A DNA stretch of 63,794 nucleotides, the filler included, from Octopus bimaculoides (lineage: Eukaryota): the NCBI RefSeq assembly GCF_001194135.2. It is 7 parts of 7 records of this genome, joined end to end, with 100 filler letters (N's around TTAATTAATTAA, not from the genome) between each part and the next. Parts side by side here need not be neighbours in the genome. Positions count along the whole stretch, not along the records: positions 3,858 to 26,965 come from NC_068991.1; 6 more parts are not named here. The stretch is one strand, 5' to 3'. The notes under the pieces were generated by a model, which worked only from the letters and a program-made list of their open reading frames with translations, was not told where the DNA came from and did no database searches. Position numbers and translations under genes: made by a program. Shown one piece after another: positions 13,613 to 26,754 of the stretch (the stretch's first letter is position 1; every line of letters starts with the position of its first letter).

Positions 13613-15201
13613 GAAAAAGTAATAATAATAATAATTAAACGTGATGGTCACGGCTTGATTGCTTTTGATCATAGAACTGCTCGATCAGAGATGACTTGGG
13701 GTTCAACAACAGCAACAAAAACCCAGGCCTACTACTACTACTACTACTACTAGACATACTGTATGTGGTTGGTCGACCTACAAGTAATAGCAGCATTTCG
13801 ATTTCGAGAGAAGGTGGGGGCGAGGGTGGCGGAGAAGGAATAACTTATCGAGTTTGGAAGAATGTAAAGCATCGGTGACTTCAGTGGGAATTGAACTCGG
13901 GGTGCAATGTACCGGAGCAAACACCGCAAATCATTCGTCTAACATTCTAACAATTCCGACAGGCCACGACCCTGGACTGGTACTTTACTTTATCAATCCC
14001 AGGAGGATAAATGATAAAGTTCACCAGCGGGATTTGAACTCACAGCATGGAGGACCGGAACAAAATTAGTTAGGCATCCGACGGCTATAACGACTCTTCC
14101 ATCCCGTCGCATTCACAAGAAAACGAATTGATTCTGTGGATCCTCAAACGCTAAGTTCATCTTTTATACTTGCTTGCTTCAGTGAAGACCTGGGTCATGC
14201 TGGAACAGCGACAAATCGATGTCAGTAGTTATTTATTTTTGAAGCCTGCTTTCTAATTCTATGGAGCCTGGTTTGCTAAACCGCAAATGTTACAGGGGAC
14301 GGGAACAAACCAACACCGGTCATCACCTGATAAAGGTGCACACACACAGACACAGACACACACACGACAGGCTTCTGCACAGTTTCCGTCTACGAAATTC
14401 ACTCACAAGTCGTTGGTTGACCTGGGCCTATTGTTGAAGACCGCGCAGTGGAATTGAAACTGAAACCACGCGCTTTCAAAGCGAGCTTCTTCAATTAAAC
14501 ATCGTTAATTGTTTACAGTTGTTTAGCTCCTCGTCGGCCCCTTTCGTATAAATCTGCGATCAAACGCTTCCAAATTGTGTAACAATTCTCATCATTTTGT
14601 TTTCCTTTGTTTTCGAGCTAAAAGGACGAAATATAATTTGAGAGAGATTTGGCTGTTTGCTCTACCCAGCAGGTCGAAAAACCACATAGAAAGAAGTTCT
14701 GTCTGTTTCTCTATCTGTTTGTCTGTCTCTTTCTCTCCGTCTGTCTGTTTCTATCTCTCTCTATCTCTCTCTTTCCCTCGTAGAAAGAGACATAAGCGAA
14801 TATCGAACCTAGAATACCGACCGCTAAGAGACAGAAATACGCGCCAACACGAACACACAGACACAGAGAGAGAGAGCAAGAAAGAGCTACACACACGCAT
14901 AGGCTGCAATAGCTTTGTGGAACGAACACACAGACACACTGAACAGTCAGTCAGTTAAGAGACCGGCAACGGAGAGTCATCAAGTGCGTGTGTGCGGTTT
15001 TCGTAAAGTAGTGTTTACAATGGAACGGACACACAGACACAAAGTAAAGCTGGCGTCGTGTGTGTGTGTTCGTGTGTTAATGGAACCGGGTTCGAAATGT
15101 AATTGGTGAAGGATTTTTTGACATTCAAGTGTGACATCCCCCCTCCTTCTGACTGTCTGTCTGTCACTCTCTCTCTCTCCGTCTATCTATCTGTCTCTTT
15201 C

Positions 15202-15257
<56 letters not shown>

Positions 15258-15269
15258 TTTCTTTCTCTT

Positions 15270-15310
<41 letters not shown>

Positions 15311-15390
15311 CCATCATTGACTCTCTCTTTATCTCTCTCTCTATCTATCTATCTATCTCTCTATTTATCTGTCCATCATTGTCTCTTTCT

Positions 15391-15429
<39 letters not shown>

Positions 15430-15439
15430 NNNNNNNNNN

Positions 15440-15472
<33 letters not shown>

Positions 15473-15628
15473 CTATCTATCTATCTGTCCATCATTGTCT
15501 CTCTTTCCTTCTTTCTTTCTCTCTCCCACCTCTCCCTCTCCTTCCTCATCTATGTATATGAATATATACAAATATACGTATGTATATGTATAGAAACATA
15601 TATACATGTGTGTGTGTGTGTGTGTATA

Positions 15629-16263
15629 CGAGGTCTAATCAATAAGTATGCAGACTGTTGCTATAGTAACGAAGCTAGAGCATGCAGAGTGAAGCCTCTT
15701 GGCACAGATTGACCATAAACGCTGTTGTGCATGTGCACTAAGTTCGATATTGACGGACGTTCCGGGAGACCCGCAACCAGCAGAACTGAGAAAAACATTG
15801 CAGCTGTGAGGGGAAATTGTTGAATCACCATCCGTGAGTTATCAGAGGATGTGCAGATTAGTTACGGTTCAGTTCAGTCCATTATCACAGAAGATTTGGG
15901 TATGAGACACGTGTCTGCCAAGTTTGTGACCGAAAAGACACTCGGGTTTCAGTTGCACAAGATCTGAGAACGATGAAAACATTTTTGAAAACATTGCGTA
16001 GGTCTCTGAGCAGGTATTGCCAAGCTTTTGGCAAAATTTGATGCAAACTCTCTCCTCGACTTTTTCTGTCATGGTCAATGCTCCGATCACACGCTACACA
16101 CCTTCCTTCCAAGCACCGCTGTAAACAGAAGAAGTGAGCTAGAACCTTAAAACTTAGTGCGCATGCTCAGTAGGTTTCAAGGTCAATCTGTGCCAAGCGG
16201 CTTCACTCTGTGTACTTTAGTTTTGTTATGGCAATAGTCCAGATAGTTATTGATCAGCCCACG
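15629..16263. mobile_element. Internally rearranged, non-autonomous mariner derivative flanked by TA
   Basis: Ends TA-CGAGGTCTAATCAATAAGTATGCAGACT and (revcomp) TA-CGTGGGCTGATCAATAACTATCTGGACT; inverted similarity extends ~100+ bp. Minus strand has transposase N-terminus MTEKVEERVCIKFCQKLGNTCSETY. Plus strand has DGRSGRPATSRTEKNIAAV and IRELSEDVQISYGSVQSIITEDLGMRHVSAKFV. Confidence 0.82.
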
Positions 16264-16264
16264 T

Positions 16265-16349
<85 letters not shown>

Positions 16350-16820
16350 NNNNNNNNNNNNNNNNNNNNNNNNNNNNNNNNNNNNNNNNNNNNNNNNNNN
16401 NNNNNNNNNNNNNNNNNNNNNNNNNNNNNNNNNNNNNNNNNNNNNNNNNNNNNNNNNNNNNNNNNNNNNNNNNNNNNNNNNNNNNNNNNNNNNNNNNNNN
16501 NNNNNNNNNNNNNNNNNNNNNNNNNNNNNNNNNNNNNNNNNNNNNNNNNNNNNNNNNNNNNNNNNNNNNNNNNNNNNNNNNNNNNNNNNNNNNNNNNNNN
16601 NNNNNNNNNNNNNNNNNNNNNNNNNNNNNNNNNNNNNNNNNNNNNNNNNNNNNNNNNNNNNNNNNNNNNNNNNNNNNNNNNNNNNNNNNNNNNNNNNNNN
16701 NNNNNNNNNNNNNNNNNNNNNNNNNNNNNNNNNNNNNNNNNNNNNNNNNNNNNNNNNNNNNNNNNNNNNNNNNNNNNNNNNNNNNNNNNNNNNNNNNNNN
16801 NNNNNNNNNNNNNNNNNNNN

Positions 16821-16858
<38 letters not shown>

Positions 16859-16960
16859 GAGCACTCAGAGAGTGCAAACCTCCGCCAAGGCAACACCAAC
16901 GTCCTCTCAACGATTAGCCGGAGATGTTTTTTTTTTAAATGAGAATATCTGAAATAGAAG

Positions 16961-17128
16961 TTCTCAGATCTTGTGCAACTGAAACCCGAGGGTCTTCTTG
17001 GTCACAAACTTGGCAGACACGCGTCTCATACCCAAATCTTCTGTGATAATGGACTGAACTGAACCGTAACTAATCTGCACATCCTCTGATAACTCACGGA
17101 TGGTGATTTGACAATTTCCCCTCACAGC
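16961..17128 (-). mobile_element. Mariner transposase fragment, inverted near-copy of ~15805-15968
   Basis: ttctcagatcttgtgcaactgaaacccgag...acaatttcccctcacagct is the reverse complement of the segment inside the adjacent mariner, with few mismatches. Confidence 0.75.
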
Positions 17129-17350
17129 TTGAAATGGTAGAGTTACTTTTATGAAGGTATAGTAGTGCAGTCAAGAAGTTTACTTCGCAACCACACTGAT
17201 CTACAATCGAACCTACTGTGCATCGCTCTTAGTAGGAAATATTTTTTTTTGTCTTCTGCCGCAAACATCTTGTTGACCAATGCCTCGTGAGTGGAATTTA
17301 GTTGACCAAATCTATCTGAAAATCACACACACACACAGACACACACACAG

Positions 17351-17408
<58 letters not shown>

Positions 17409-17439
17409 CTATATAGACAGACAGACAGATAGATAGATC

Positions 17440-17492
<53 letters not shown>

Positions 17493-18146
17493 GTACGACG
17501 GGCTTCTTTCAGTTTCCATCTACCAAATCCACTGACATAGGCTTTGGTCGGCCCGAGGCTATAGTAGAAGACACCTGCTCAAGTGTTATANNNNNNNNNN
17601 NNNNNNNNNNNNNNNNNNNNNNNNNNNNNNNNNNNNNNNNNNNNNNNNNNNNNNNNNNNNNNNNNNNNNNNNNNNNNNNNNNNNNNNNNNNNNNNNNNNN
17701 NNNNNNNNNNNNNNNNNNNNNNNNNNNNNNNNNNNNNNNNNNNNNNNNNNNNNNNNNNNNNNNNNNNNNNNNNNNNNNNNNNNNNNNNNNNNNNNNNNNN
17801 NNNNNNNNNNNNNNNNNNNNNNNNNNNNNNNNNNNNNNNNNNNNNNNNNNNNNNNNNNNNNNNNNNNNNNNNNNNNNNNNNNNNNNNNNNNNNNNNNNNN
17901 NNNNNNNNNNNNNNNNNNNNNNNNNNNNNNNNNNNNNNNNNNNNNNNNNNNNNNNNNNNNNNNNNNNNNNNNNNNNNNNNNNNNNNNNNNNNNNNNNNNN
18001 NNNNNNNNNNNNNNNNNNNNNNNNNNNNNNNNNNNNNNNNNNNNNNNNNNNNNNNNNNNNNNNNNNNNNNNNNNNNNNNNNNNNNNNNNNNNNNNNNNNN
18101 NNNNNNNNNNNNNNNNNNNNNNNNNNNNNNNNNNNNNNNNNNNNNN

Positions 18147-18181
<35 letters not shown>

Positions 18182-18891
18182 TATTCTTTTATTCTTTCAC
18201 TTGTTTCAGTCATTTGACTCCGGCCATGCTGGAGCACCGCCTTGAAGGGTTTTAGTTGAACAAATTGACCCCAGGAATTATTTCTTAAGCCTAGTACTTA
18301 TTCTATCGATCTCTTTTGCTGAATCCCTTAGCTACGGGAACGTAAACATACCAACACCGGTTGGAAAGCGGCGATGGGGGGAACAAACACATACAAACAC
18401 ACACAGATATACGATGGGCTTCTTTCAGTTTCCATTTACCAAATCCGCTCACAAGGCTTTGGTCAGTCCGAGGCTATAGTAGAAGACACTTGCCCAAGGT
18501 GCCAGGGAGTAGGATGGAACCTGGATCCATGTAGTTGGAAAGCGAGCTTCTTACAACATTGCCAAGTCGTATATATATACAACAGACTTCTACAGTTTCC
18601 ACGTACCAAAATTACTCACAAAACATTCGTCGACTCGGGGTTATAGTAGAAAACACTTGTTCAAAGTGCCGTGCCGTGGAACTCAACCAGAAACCACGTT
18701 GTTGCCGAATGTACTCCTTCCGTGAAATTCAATGAGAAGGCATTGGTTGATCAGAAGCCATAGTAAAAGACACTTGCCCGAGATGCCACGCTGTAGGACT
18801 GAACCCCAAATCACATTGTTGCGAAGTAAGCTTGTTAACCACCCAGCCATGTCTGGACCTATGTTAGTAAGAGTATTTAAATAAAAAACCG

Positions 18892-18932
<41 letters not shown>

Positions 18933-19908
18933 CTTATAAATATATATATATATANNNNNNNNNNNNNNNNNNNNNNNNNNNNNNNNNNNNNNNNNNNNNN
19001 NNNNNNNNNNNNNNNNNNNNNNNNNNNNNNNNNNNNNNNNNNNNNNNNNNNNNNNNNNNNNNNNNNNNNNNNNNNNNNNNNNNNNNNNNNNNNNNNNNNN
19101 NNNNNNNNNNNNNNNNNNNNNNNNNNNNNNNNNNNNNNNNNNNNNNNNNNNNNNNNNNNNNNNNNNNNNNNNNNNNNNNNNNNNNNNNNNNNNNNNNNNN
19201 NNNNNNNNNNNNNNNNNNNNNNNNNNNNNNNNNNNNNNNNNNNNNNNNNNNNNNNNNNNNNNNNNNNNNNNNNNNNNNNNNNNNNNNNNNNNNNNNNNNN
19301 NNNNNNNNNNNNNNNNNNNNNNNNNNNNNNNNNNNNNNNNNNNNNNNNNNNNNNNNNNNNNNNNNNNNNNNNNNNNNNNNNNNNNNNNNNNNNNNNNNNN
19401 NNNNNNNNNNNNNNNNNNNNNNNNNNNNNNNNNNNNNNNNNNNNNNNNNNNNNNNNNNNNNNNNNNNNNNNNNNNNNNNNNNNNNNNNNNNNNNNNNNNN
19501 NNNNNNNNNNNNNNNNNNNNNNNNNNNNNNNNNNNNNNNNNNNNNNNNNNNNNNNNNNNNNNNNNNNNNNNNNNNNNNNNNNNNNNNNNNNNNNNNNNNN
19601 NNNNNNNNNNNNNNNNNNNNNNNNNNNNNNNNNNNNNNNNNNNNNNNNNNNNNNNNNNNNNNNNNNNNNNNNNNNNNNNNNNNNNNNNNNNNNNNNNNNN
19701 NNNNNNNNNNNNNNNNNNNNNNNNNNNNNNNNNNNNNNNNNNNNNNNNNNNNNNNNNNNNNNNNNNNNNNNNNNNNNNNNNNNNNNNNNNNNNNNNNNNN
19801 NNNNNNNNNNNNNNNNNNNNNNNNNNNNNNNNNNNNNNNNNNNNNNNNNNNNNNNNNNNNNNNNNNNNNNNNNNNNNNNNNNNNNNNNNNNNNNNNNNNN
19901 NNNNNNNA

Positions 19909-22000
19909 ACTCTCGACAGGAAAAGATCCAGTTTTGATTTGAAAACACCTACATCCACTTCGTGTAGGTCCCTCAAGCTCTTTGGGAGAATATTAAAAAG
20001 CTGTGGGCTCCTGAAACCCAGGCAATTGCAGTAACTGGTCCTGAAGCGCGATGGTATTGCTGGGATCTTTGGCACTGTGCAGTGGTGACCCGTTCTGGCA
20101 TTGGTGTAGCTTTCAATGCCAAAATTTGGCACAATCCCTTCCAGGATCTTCCAGATTTATATTACTGCATATCTCTCCCGCCTTCGCTCCAGGGAGTAGA
20201 ACCTTAGCTGTTTCAGCCTTTCCCAGTAGCTGAGCTGTTGCAATGAGACGATCTTCTTTGTGAAGCTTCGCTGGATTGCTTCAAGATCCACTGCTAATTT
20301 TACACTGTGGGGTGACCATAGCTGAGGCAGTAGTCCAGGTGGCCGAGGACGAATGTCCTCCAGAGGACCAACATAGTTTCTTTCTCTCTGGTTCTGAACA
20401 GTCTCAAGATCCAGTGAGTTGTCTGCACTTTGTCGCCATCCTGGTAATGTGCACTTGGAAAGAAGTGTCATCATTCATGTCGATACCCAGGCCCCGCACT
20501 GATTTAGGCTCTGTGGGCCAGTATACCCTGTCAGTTTTATATTCAGTGATGGACGCTGGTAGCGCAGGGGTTGGAAATTTTCAGCATTAAACTGCATACT
20601 ATTGTCCTCAGCCCATCTGTAAATTGAGTCCAACTCCAGCTGCAGACGTGCAATATCGTTGGGGTTCTGTATTTTCTGCGAGACTTTCATATCGTCTGCG
20701 TAGCTAGCAAGGATGGCTATCCGGGCAGCTGAGGGCATATCTGAGAGGACCACTACGGAAAGCAGTGGTCACAAGAGAGTGCCCTGTGAAACACCACTCA
20801 CTATTTGTGTTTTTTTTAGAGGTGGCGCCATTGGCCTCTACAGTCTGACCTCTATCTTTCAGGAAGTCAGGTAAACCACTCTCCAAGTTTTCCAGCTATG
20901 CCGAGATTTGTTTCATATATCATGATCCACTTTATCAAAATCTTTTGCAAAGTCAAGGCATATTGCATCCACATTTGAGTTGTTGAGTAACTGCCTCAAC
21001 ACCCAGTCATAGTGCTGTAAGATCTGGGTCAGGCAGCTTCAACCTGGTCGAAAGCCATGCTGGGTATCACTCAGCAAGTCATTTTCTTCAAAGAATGCGA
21101 TTAATTTCCCTCTGACTATCCGTTCCATGACTTTGCTGATGTGTGGAGTCAGAGGGATAGGCTTATAATTTTTGGCATCTGCTTTCTCCTTTATGGATTG
21201 GGCATATTATTCCCTCCTTCAGTTTGCTTGGCAGCCTGCCATTTGCAAGAAAGCTCTGGAAGAGAATCTGTAGTAGTTTTGCCAAGGCACACTTACACAA
21301 TTTGAGGCGGATTGCTGGGAAACTATCCTTTCCCTTCTGTCTGTTTGCAGTATGGTAATATTTTGGTACGTTTACTTCTGCATCTTCTGTATCAGGGATC
21401 AGATGAGTTTCCACGAGTGCTATGCATACGGCTTGATTACATGCAGCAAGATCTCTCAGGAAAAATATTTTGCTTTTGTTCTTGTGATGCATCAGGCCGC
21501 CACTATTTAGTAAAAATAGTGGCTTGACGACTGTGCAGGCGTTAGGGGAGGCCATCCCGTGTCTGTTGCTTGTGGTGGTCTTACGCAGTGGTGGGAAATG
21601 TTCCGTGTTTGTGCTTGATGTAGCCAGGTCAGCTGCTGCAGAATCTTTTGCACTATGCACAATAAAGACTCTTGCTCAGCTGCTGCCTTGTGCATAACAT
21701 TTGAAGAGTGCATTGCATTTGTACACTTTCTCTTTGGAGACGATTGGTGCCTTTCCTCGGGGAAGTATTTCTCCTTAAGGCCCCTGCAGTTTTGGCGGGG
21801 TTTCGGGTGAACAAATCGGTAGTTTGTACCATTTCCCCCATGCCAATTGCAGGTAATTTTTTTTCTCTCTTCTAGGGTCTCAGATTCCATTAGAACCTCC
21901 ATATTTGAGTTGTTTTCTGTTTCTTGTTTGATGGTTTTGGGTTTCGGTTTTAGTTGTTTTATCTTTTCCTTTTCCTTATTATTATTTACTATTTTTTTTT
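19909..22000 (-). mobile_element. Decayed CR1-like LINE (ORF1 remnant, APE endonuclease fragment, reverse transcriptase, C-terminus)
   Basis: Minus-strand frames give IALVETHL (APE-like), NYKPIPLTPHISKVMERIV, QHGFRPG*SCLTQ, DAICLDFAKDFDKVDH, YADDMK (RT catalytic), LEAIQRSFTKKI..LSYWERLKQLRFYSLERRRER and QLFNILPKSLRDL..FKSKLDLFL. Multiple stops and frameshifts; the 3' end runs into a gap. Confidence 0.9.
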
Positions 22001-22355
22001 ACCTTCATGACCTTCTGACTCGGAGTTCAAAATTTAAAAAAAGAAAGGAAAAGAAAACAACTAAAAGACAAACAAACAAAAATAACCAAACCGGAAAAAA
22101 GAAAACGAAAAAAGAAAGAATGTTGTTGAGAAATATCGTGGCCGTTGGCTAAAGAGGCAAGTAAATCAAAAGTGACCATCAAATGGACGGACAATACTAT
22201 TGTCCAAATAATTCTATAGTATTATCATTTAAGTACCATTTAACAATTTTATTATTAATTTCGCATGTATTTATTTGTGTGAAGTGGTCAAGCTGTTATT
22301 CGAGATATTTGGAATATTTTCCTATCTTTCAATGACCAAATGACCGCAAGGGATG

Positions 22356-22403
<48 letters not shown>

Positions 22404-22789
22404 CATCAGCTATAGTTACTACTACTGCTGCTGTCACCATCAGCACTGTAGGGGTACCTTCGTCAGCATAATAAACAACCATGACGATTACTGCTACCAC
22501 CAGCACCACCCGTCATCACCACCACCACTATCACCACTCTCACCATCGCCATCATCATCATCATCAGCATCGTCGTTGTCACTACTACTACTACTACTAC
22601 TACCACCATTACTACTACTACTACTACTACTACTACCACTACCACCACCACCACCACCACCACTACTACTTTTTTCCCAAGCAATACTGACATAACTACC
22701 ACCAGCATCATTATCAGCAGCAGCACTTCATCCGCTAACACCATTGCTATGAGCAATACTGACACAGTTGTGGTGGAAGAGTACAGCAG

Positions 22790-22932
22790 GGTTCGCCACT
22801 ATCCCCTGCCGAAGCCTCGTGGAGCTTTAGGTGTTTTCGCTCAATAAACACTCACAATGCCCGGTCTGGGAATCGAAACCGCGATCCTATGACCGCGAGT
22901 CCGCTGCCCTAACCACTGAGCCTTTGCACTTC
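22790..22932 (-). mobile_element. tRNA-derived SINE head; near-identical copy at ~23786-23885
   Basis: Minus strand GGCTCAGTGGTTAGGGCAGCGGACTCGCGGTCATAGGATCGCGGTTTCGATTCCCAGACCGGG has A and B boxes but continues into non-tRNA sequence. Confidence 0.7.
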
Positions 22933-24620
22933 CACCACCTATACACAAATGTATAAAAAATTCATAATACACAAAAATACAGATAGTTTTTTTTTTATAT
23001 AAAATATAGATTTCAAATTTCAGCACAAGGCTAGCAATTTCGTGGAGTGTGTGGAAAGTAAGTCGATTACATCGACCACAATGGTCTAATTATACTTATT
23101 TTAACGACTCCGAAAGGATGCAATGCAAAGCCAGTCTTGGCAGAATTTGAACTCGGAACATAAAGACAGACAAAATACTGCTAAGCATTTCGCCCGGCGG
23201 GCTAACGTTTCTATTAGCTTGCCGCCTTCTCTAATAAACATATTCCTTTTTAATCTATGCACAAGGCCCGAAATTTTGGGGGAGGGGGCCAGTCGATTAG
23301 ATCGACCCCAGTACGCAATCGGTACTTAATTTATCGACCCTGAAAGGATGAAAGGCAAAGTCGACCTCGGCGGANNNNNNNNNNNNNNNNNNNNNNNNNN
23401 NNNNNNNNNNNNNNNNNNNNNNNNNNNNNNNNNNNNNNNNNNNNNNNNNNNNNNNNNNNNNNNNNNNNNNNNNNNNNNNNNNNNNNNNNNNNNNNNNNNN
23501 NNNNNCCGCTAAGCATTTCGCTCGGCGTGCTAACGATGATTATTTCTTTACTACCCACAAGGGGCTACACACAGAGGGGACAAACAAGGACAGACAAACG
23601 GATTAAGTCGATTATATCGACCCTAGTGCGTAACTGATACTTGTTTAATCGACCCCGAAAGGATGAAAGGCAAAGTCGACCTCGGCGGATTTTGAACTCA
23701 GAACGTTGTTCTCGGGGGAGATTCTGAGTGACACAGAATGTGACAAGGCTGGCCCTTTGAAATATAGGTACAACAGAAACAGGAAGCCTCGTGGAGCTTT
23801 AGGTGTTTTCGCTCAATAAACACTCACAGCGCCCGGTCTGGGAATCGAAACCGCGATCCTACGACTGCGAATTCGCTGCCTTAACAACACAGCCACTCCT
23901 GCGCCTATAAATATATCTAAAGCAAAATTTCTTTTCATGGACCCTTAAAATACTGAACCCCCCCACCCAATTTTCTATTTTGCTCGCGTGGACCCCAGAA
24001 TTCTTACGAGAAGATGCTGAAAAGTCCCAGGCTTTGACCACACACCCATGCCTGCGCCTATATACACTGGTACAATGCTTCGAAATTCTCTTACAATGCA
24101 TCGGTTGGCTCTGGGATATTGTAGAAGACAGTTGCGCAGCGGGATTAAATACGAAACCACGTGGTAATGAAGCGAAATTTTTAACCACACAGACTTGCTT
24201 GCGTCCTTGATGACCAAATGATTAGAGTGTTCGAATCATGGCCAAACGCCCTTGACAGGCGGTGGATGAGCCAGAGAAGCTCACTCAGCCATGGTAGAAT
24301 GAATTTAAATAATTCAATGGGATGGTCATACCGTTGTCCCTAATTATTACAATTTAAATACCATTTATCAGTTACTATTTTTTATTTCTTTTGTGGGATG
24401 TATTTGAGCGAAGTGGTCAAGCTGATTATTCGACATATTTCAAATATTTTCTCGTATTTCAATGACCAAATGACCGTTTTGGTGTCACACACACAATAGC
24501 ATCTGCTGCTGCTGCTGCTACTAGTATTATTACTACCATCACCAGTATCACCAAAAACCACGGCGATGATCACCACCACCGCCACCACCACTATCATCAT
24601 CATCATCATCATCGTCATCG

Positions 24621-24659
<39 letters not shown>

Positions 24660-24720
24660 CCATTGTCGTCGTTGTTGCGATCATTATCATCATCATCATT
24701 AGTATCATCATCGTCACCAT

Positions 24721-24758
<38 letters not shown>

Positions 24759-24869
24759 TCACCACCACCACCACCACCACCACCACCACCACTACCATAT
24801 AGACCACTTCCTCCAAACCATTTTAAATAAACCAAAGAAACCACAACTTTCAAACACATTTACCCAATG

Positions 24870-25320
24870 TACAACCGTATCGATAAATAAATTCCATAAG
24901 TAAATTACAACCCCTCCTAAATACGTAACTAAACAGCAACAAATCTATTAAGTCATACAGAGCAATTCTGAGGCAGTCTTTGAACCACATTTTCGGTTTA
25001 TGTGCTGGTCCCCTACCATCTTCCAGCTCACCATACAAAAGTTTTTGGGGAAGTCTTTCATCATTTATTCTCATCAGATGTCCACCCCCACCTCAAACAA
25101 CTTTACAGAATCATTGATTCTACACTCCTACTACCACATCTCTCAAGTAACTCCACATCATTCATTGATGACCACTTTCCAATTTATCCCCACAAATTTC
25201 CTATATTTCCAATATGGATGATATCGCTTCAAATACCATAAATGCCTACGTTAAACAACCCAGATCTTACTTCCATATAGCAACGATGGCAGAACACGTG
25301 CTATAAACCCTAACTTTAAT
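24870..25320 (-). mobile_element. RTE-clade LINE 3' fragment
   Basis: GHLMRINDERLPQKLLYGELEDGRGPAHKPKMWFKDCLR matches the RTE C-terminal GH..RM.D.RLPK.LLYGEL..G.R..G.PKKRWKD motif. Upstream sequence is degenerate. Confidence 0.75.
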
Positions 25321-25350
25321 TTGGAAAGATATACTATACACACGCACACT

Positions 25351-25395
<45 letters not shown>

Positions 25396-25626
25396 ACTTG
25401 TTTCAGTCATTTTGACTGCAGCCATGCTAGAGTACCACCTTAAAGGGTGTTGGTCGAAGAAATCGCCCCCAGGACTTATTCTTTGTAAGCCTGGTACTTA
25501 TTCTGCCGAACCGTTTATTTTGCCGAACCGTTAGGTTACGGGGTGGGGTCATAAACACACCAACATCGGTTGTCAAGCGATGGCATGGACACACACACAC
25601 ACACACACAAATATATCCATACATAC

Positions 25627-25661
<35 letters not shown>

Positions 25662-26282
25662 CNNNNNNNNNNNNNNNNNNNNNNNNNNNNNNNNNNNNNN
25701 NNNNNNNNNNNNNNNNNNNNNNNNNNNNNNNNNNNNNNNNNNNNNNNNNNNNNNNNNNNNNNNNNNNNNNNNNNNNNNNNNNNNNNNNNNNNNNNNNNNN
25801 NNNNNNNNNNNNNNNNNNNNNNNNNNNNNNNNNNNNNNNNNNNNNNNNNNNNNNNNNNNNNNNNNNNNNNNNNNNNNNNNNNNNNNNNNNNNNNNNNNNN
25901 NNNNNNNNNNNNNNNNNNNNNNNNNNNNNNNNNNNNNNNNNNNNNNNNNNNNNNNNNNNNNNNNNNNNNNNNNNNNNNNNNNNNNNNNNNNNNNNNNNNN
26001 NNNNNNNNNNNNNNNNNNNNNNNNNNNNNNNNNNNNNNNNNNNNNNNNNNNNNAAATGGGTTTGGTAAAATTCCTACCTTGGATTTATTGTGTGATTTTT
26101 GGAGGGTTGGGGTGGGTTGGGAGTGAGAACGGTGTAGAGGATTTTTAAAAATACTTTTTTTCTCTCCAGTTTGTAACAGCAGTGACAATGATGGTGAAAA
26201 TTGAAAAAAAAAAAATGTCCGTTTGATAGTGAAGTATCCAAGTAGTAGTAGTAGTAGTAGTAGTAGTAGCAGTAGTAGTAGT

Positions 26283-26331
<49 letters not shown>

Positions 26332-26469
26332 AGAAGCAAATTAGAAGAAACAAGAAAAGAAGCGATACCTGTTTGAATCACGCATGATAACTGTTTTTCT
26401 ATTCTGCTTCAGCTGGTTTGGCTGACATAGTTTCAATTTGACAATCGTGATTTCTTTTATTCTTCTATT

Positions 26470-26660
26470 CTTTTATTTGTTTCAGTCGTTTGACTGCGGC
26501 CATGCTAGAGCACCACCTTTTAGTCGAGCAAATCGACCTCAAGACTTATTCTTTGTAAGCCTAGTATTTATTCTATCGGGCTCTTTTTGCCGAACCGTTA
26601 AGTTACGGTGACGTAAACACCAGCATCAGCTGTCAAGCGATGCTGGGAGGACAAACAGAG
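26470..26660 (+). repeat. Interspersed repeat family (ttgtttcagtc...gccatgct..gagcacc...gccgaaccg.taagttacg...gttgtcaagcg)
   Basis: Recognisable copies at ~8475-8660, 9660-9870, 14180-14330, 18195-18385, 25395-25585 and 46430-46590(-), each usually followed by (CA)n. Confidence 0.75.
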
Positions 26661-26733
<73 letters not shown>

Positions 26734-26754
26734 TATATATATAGTTAGAATTCA

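Noticed and set aside
22860-22932. tRNA-like sequences with A and B boxes as tRNA genes
   Set aside because: They lack a complete cloverleaf/acceptor stem and continue into SINE body sequence found in several copies.
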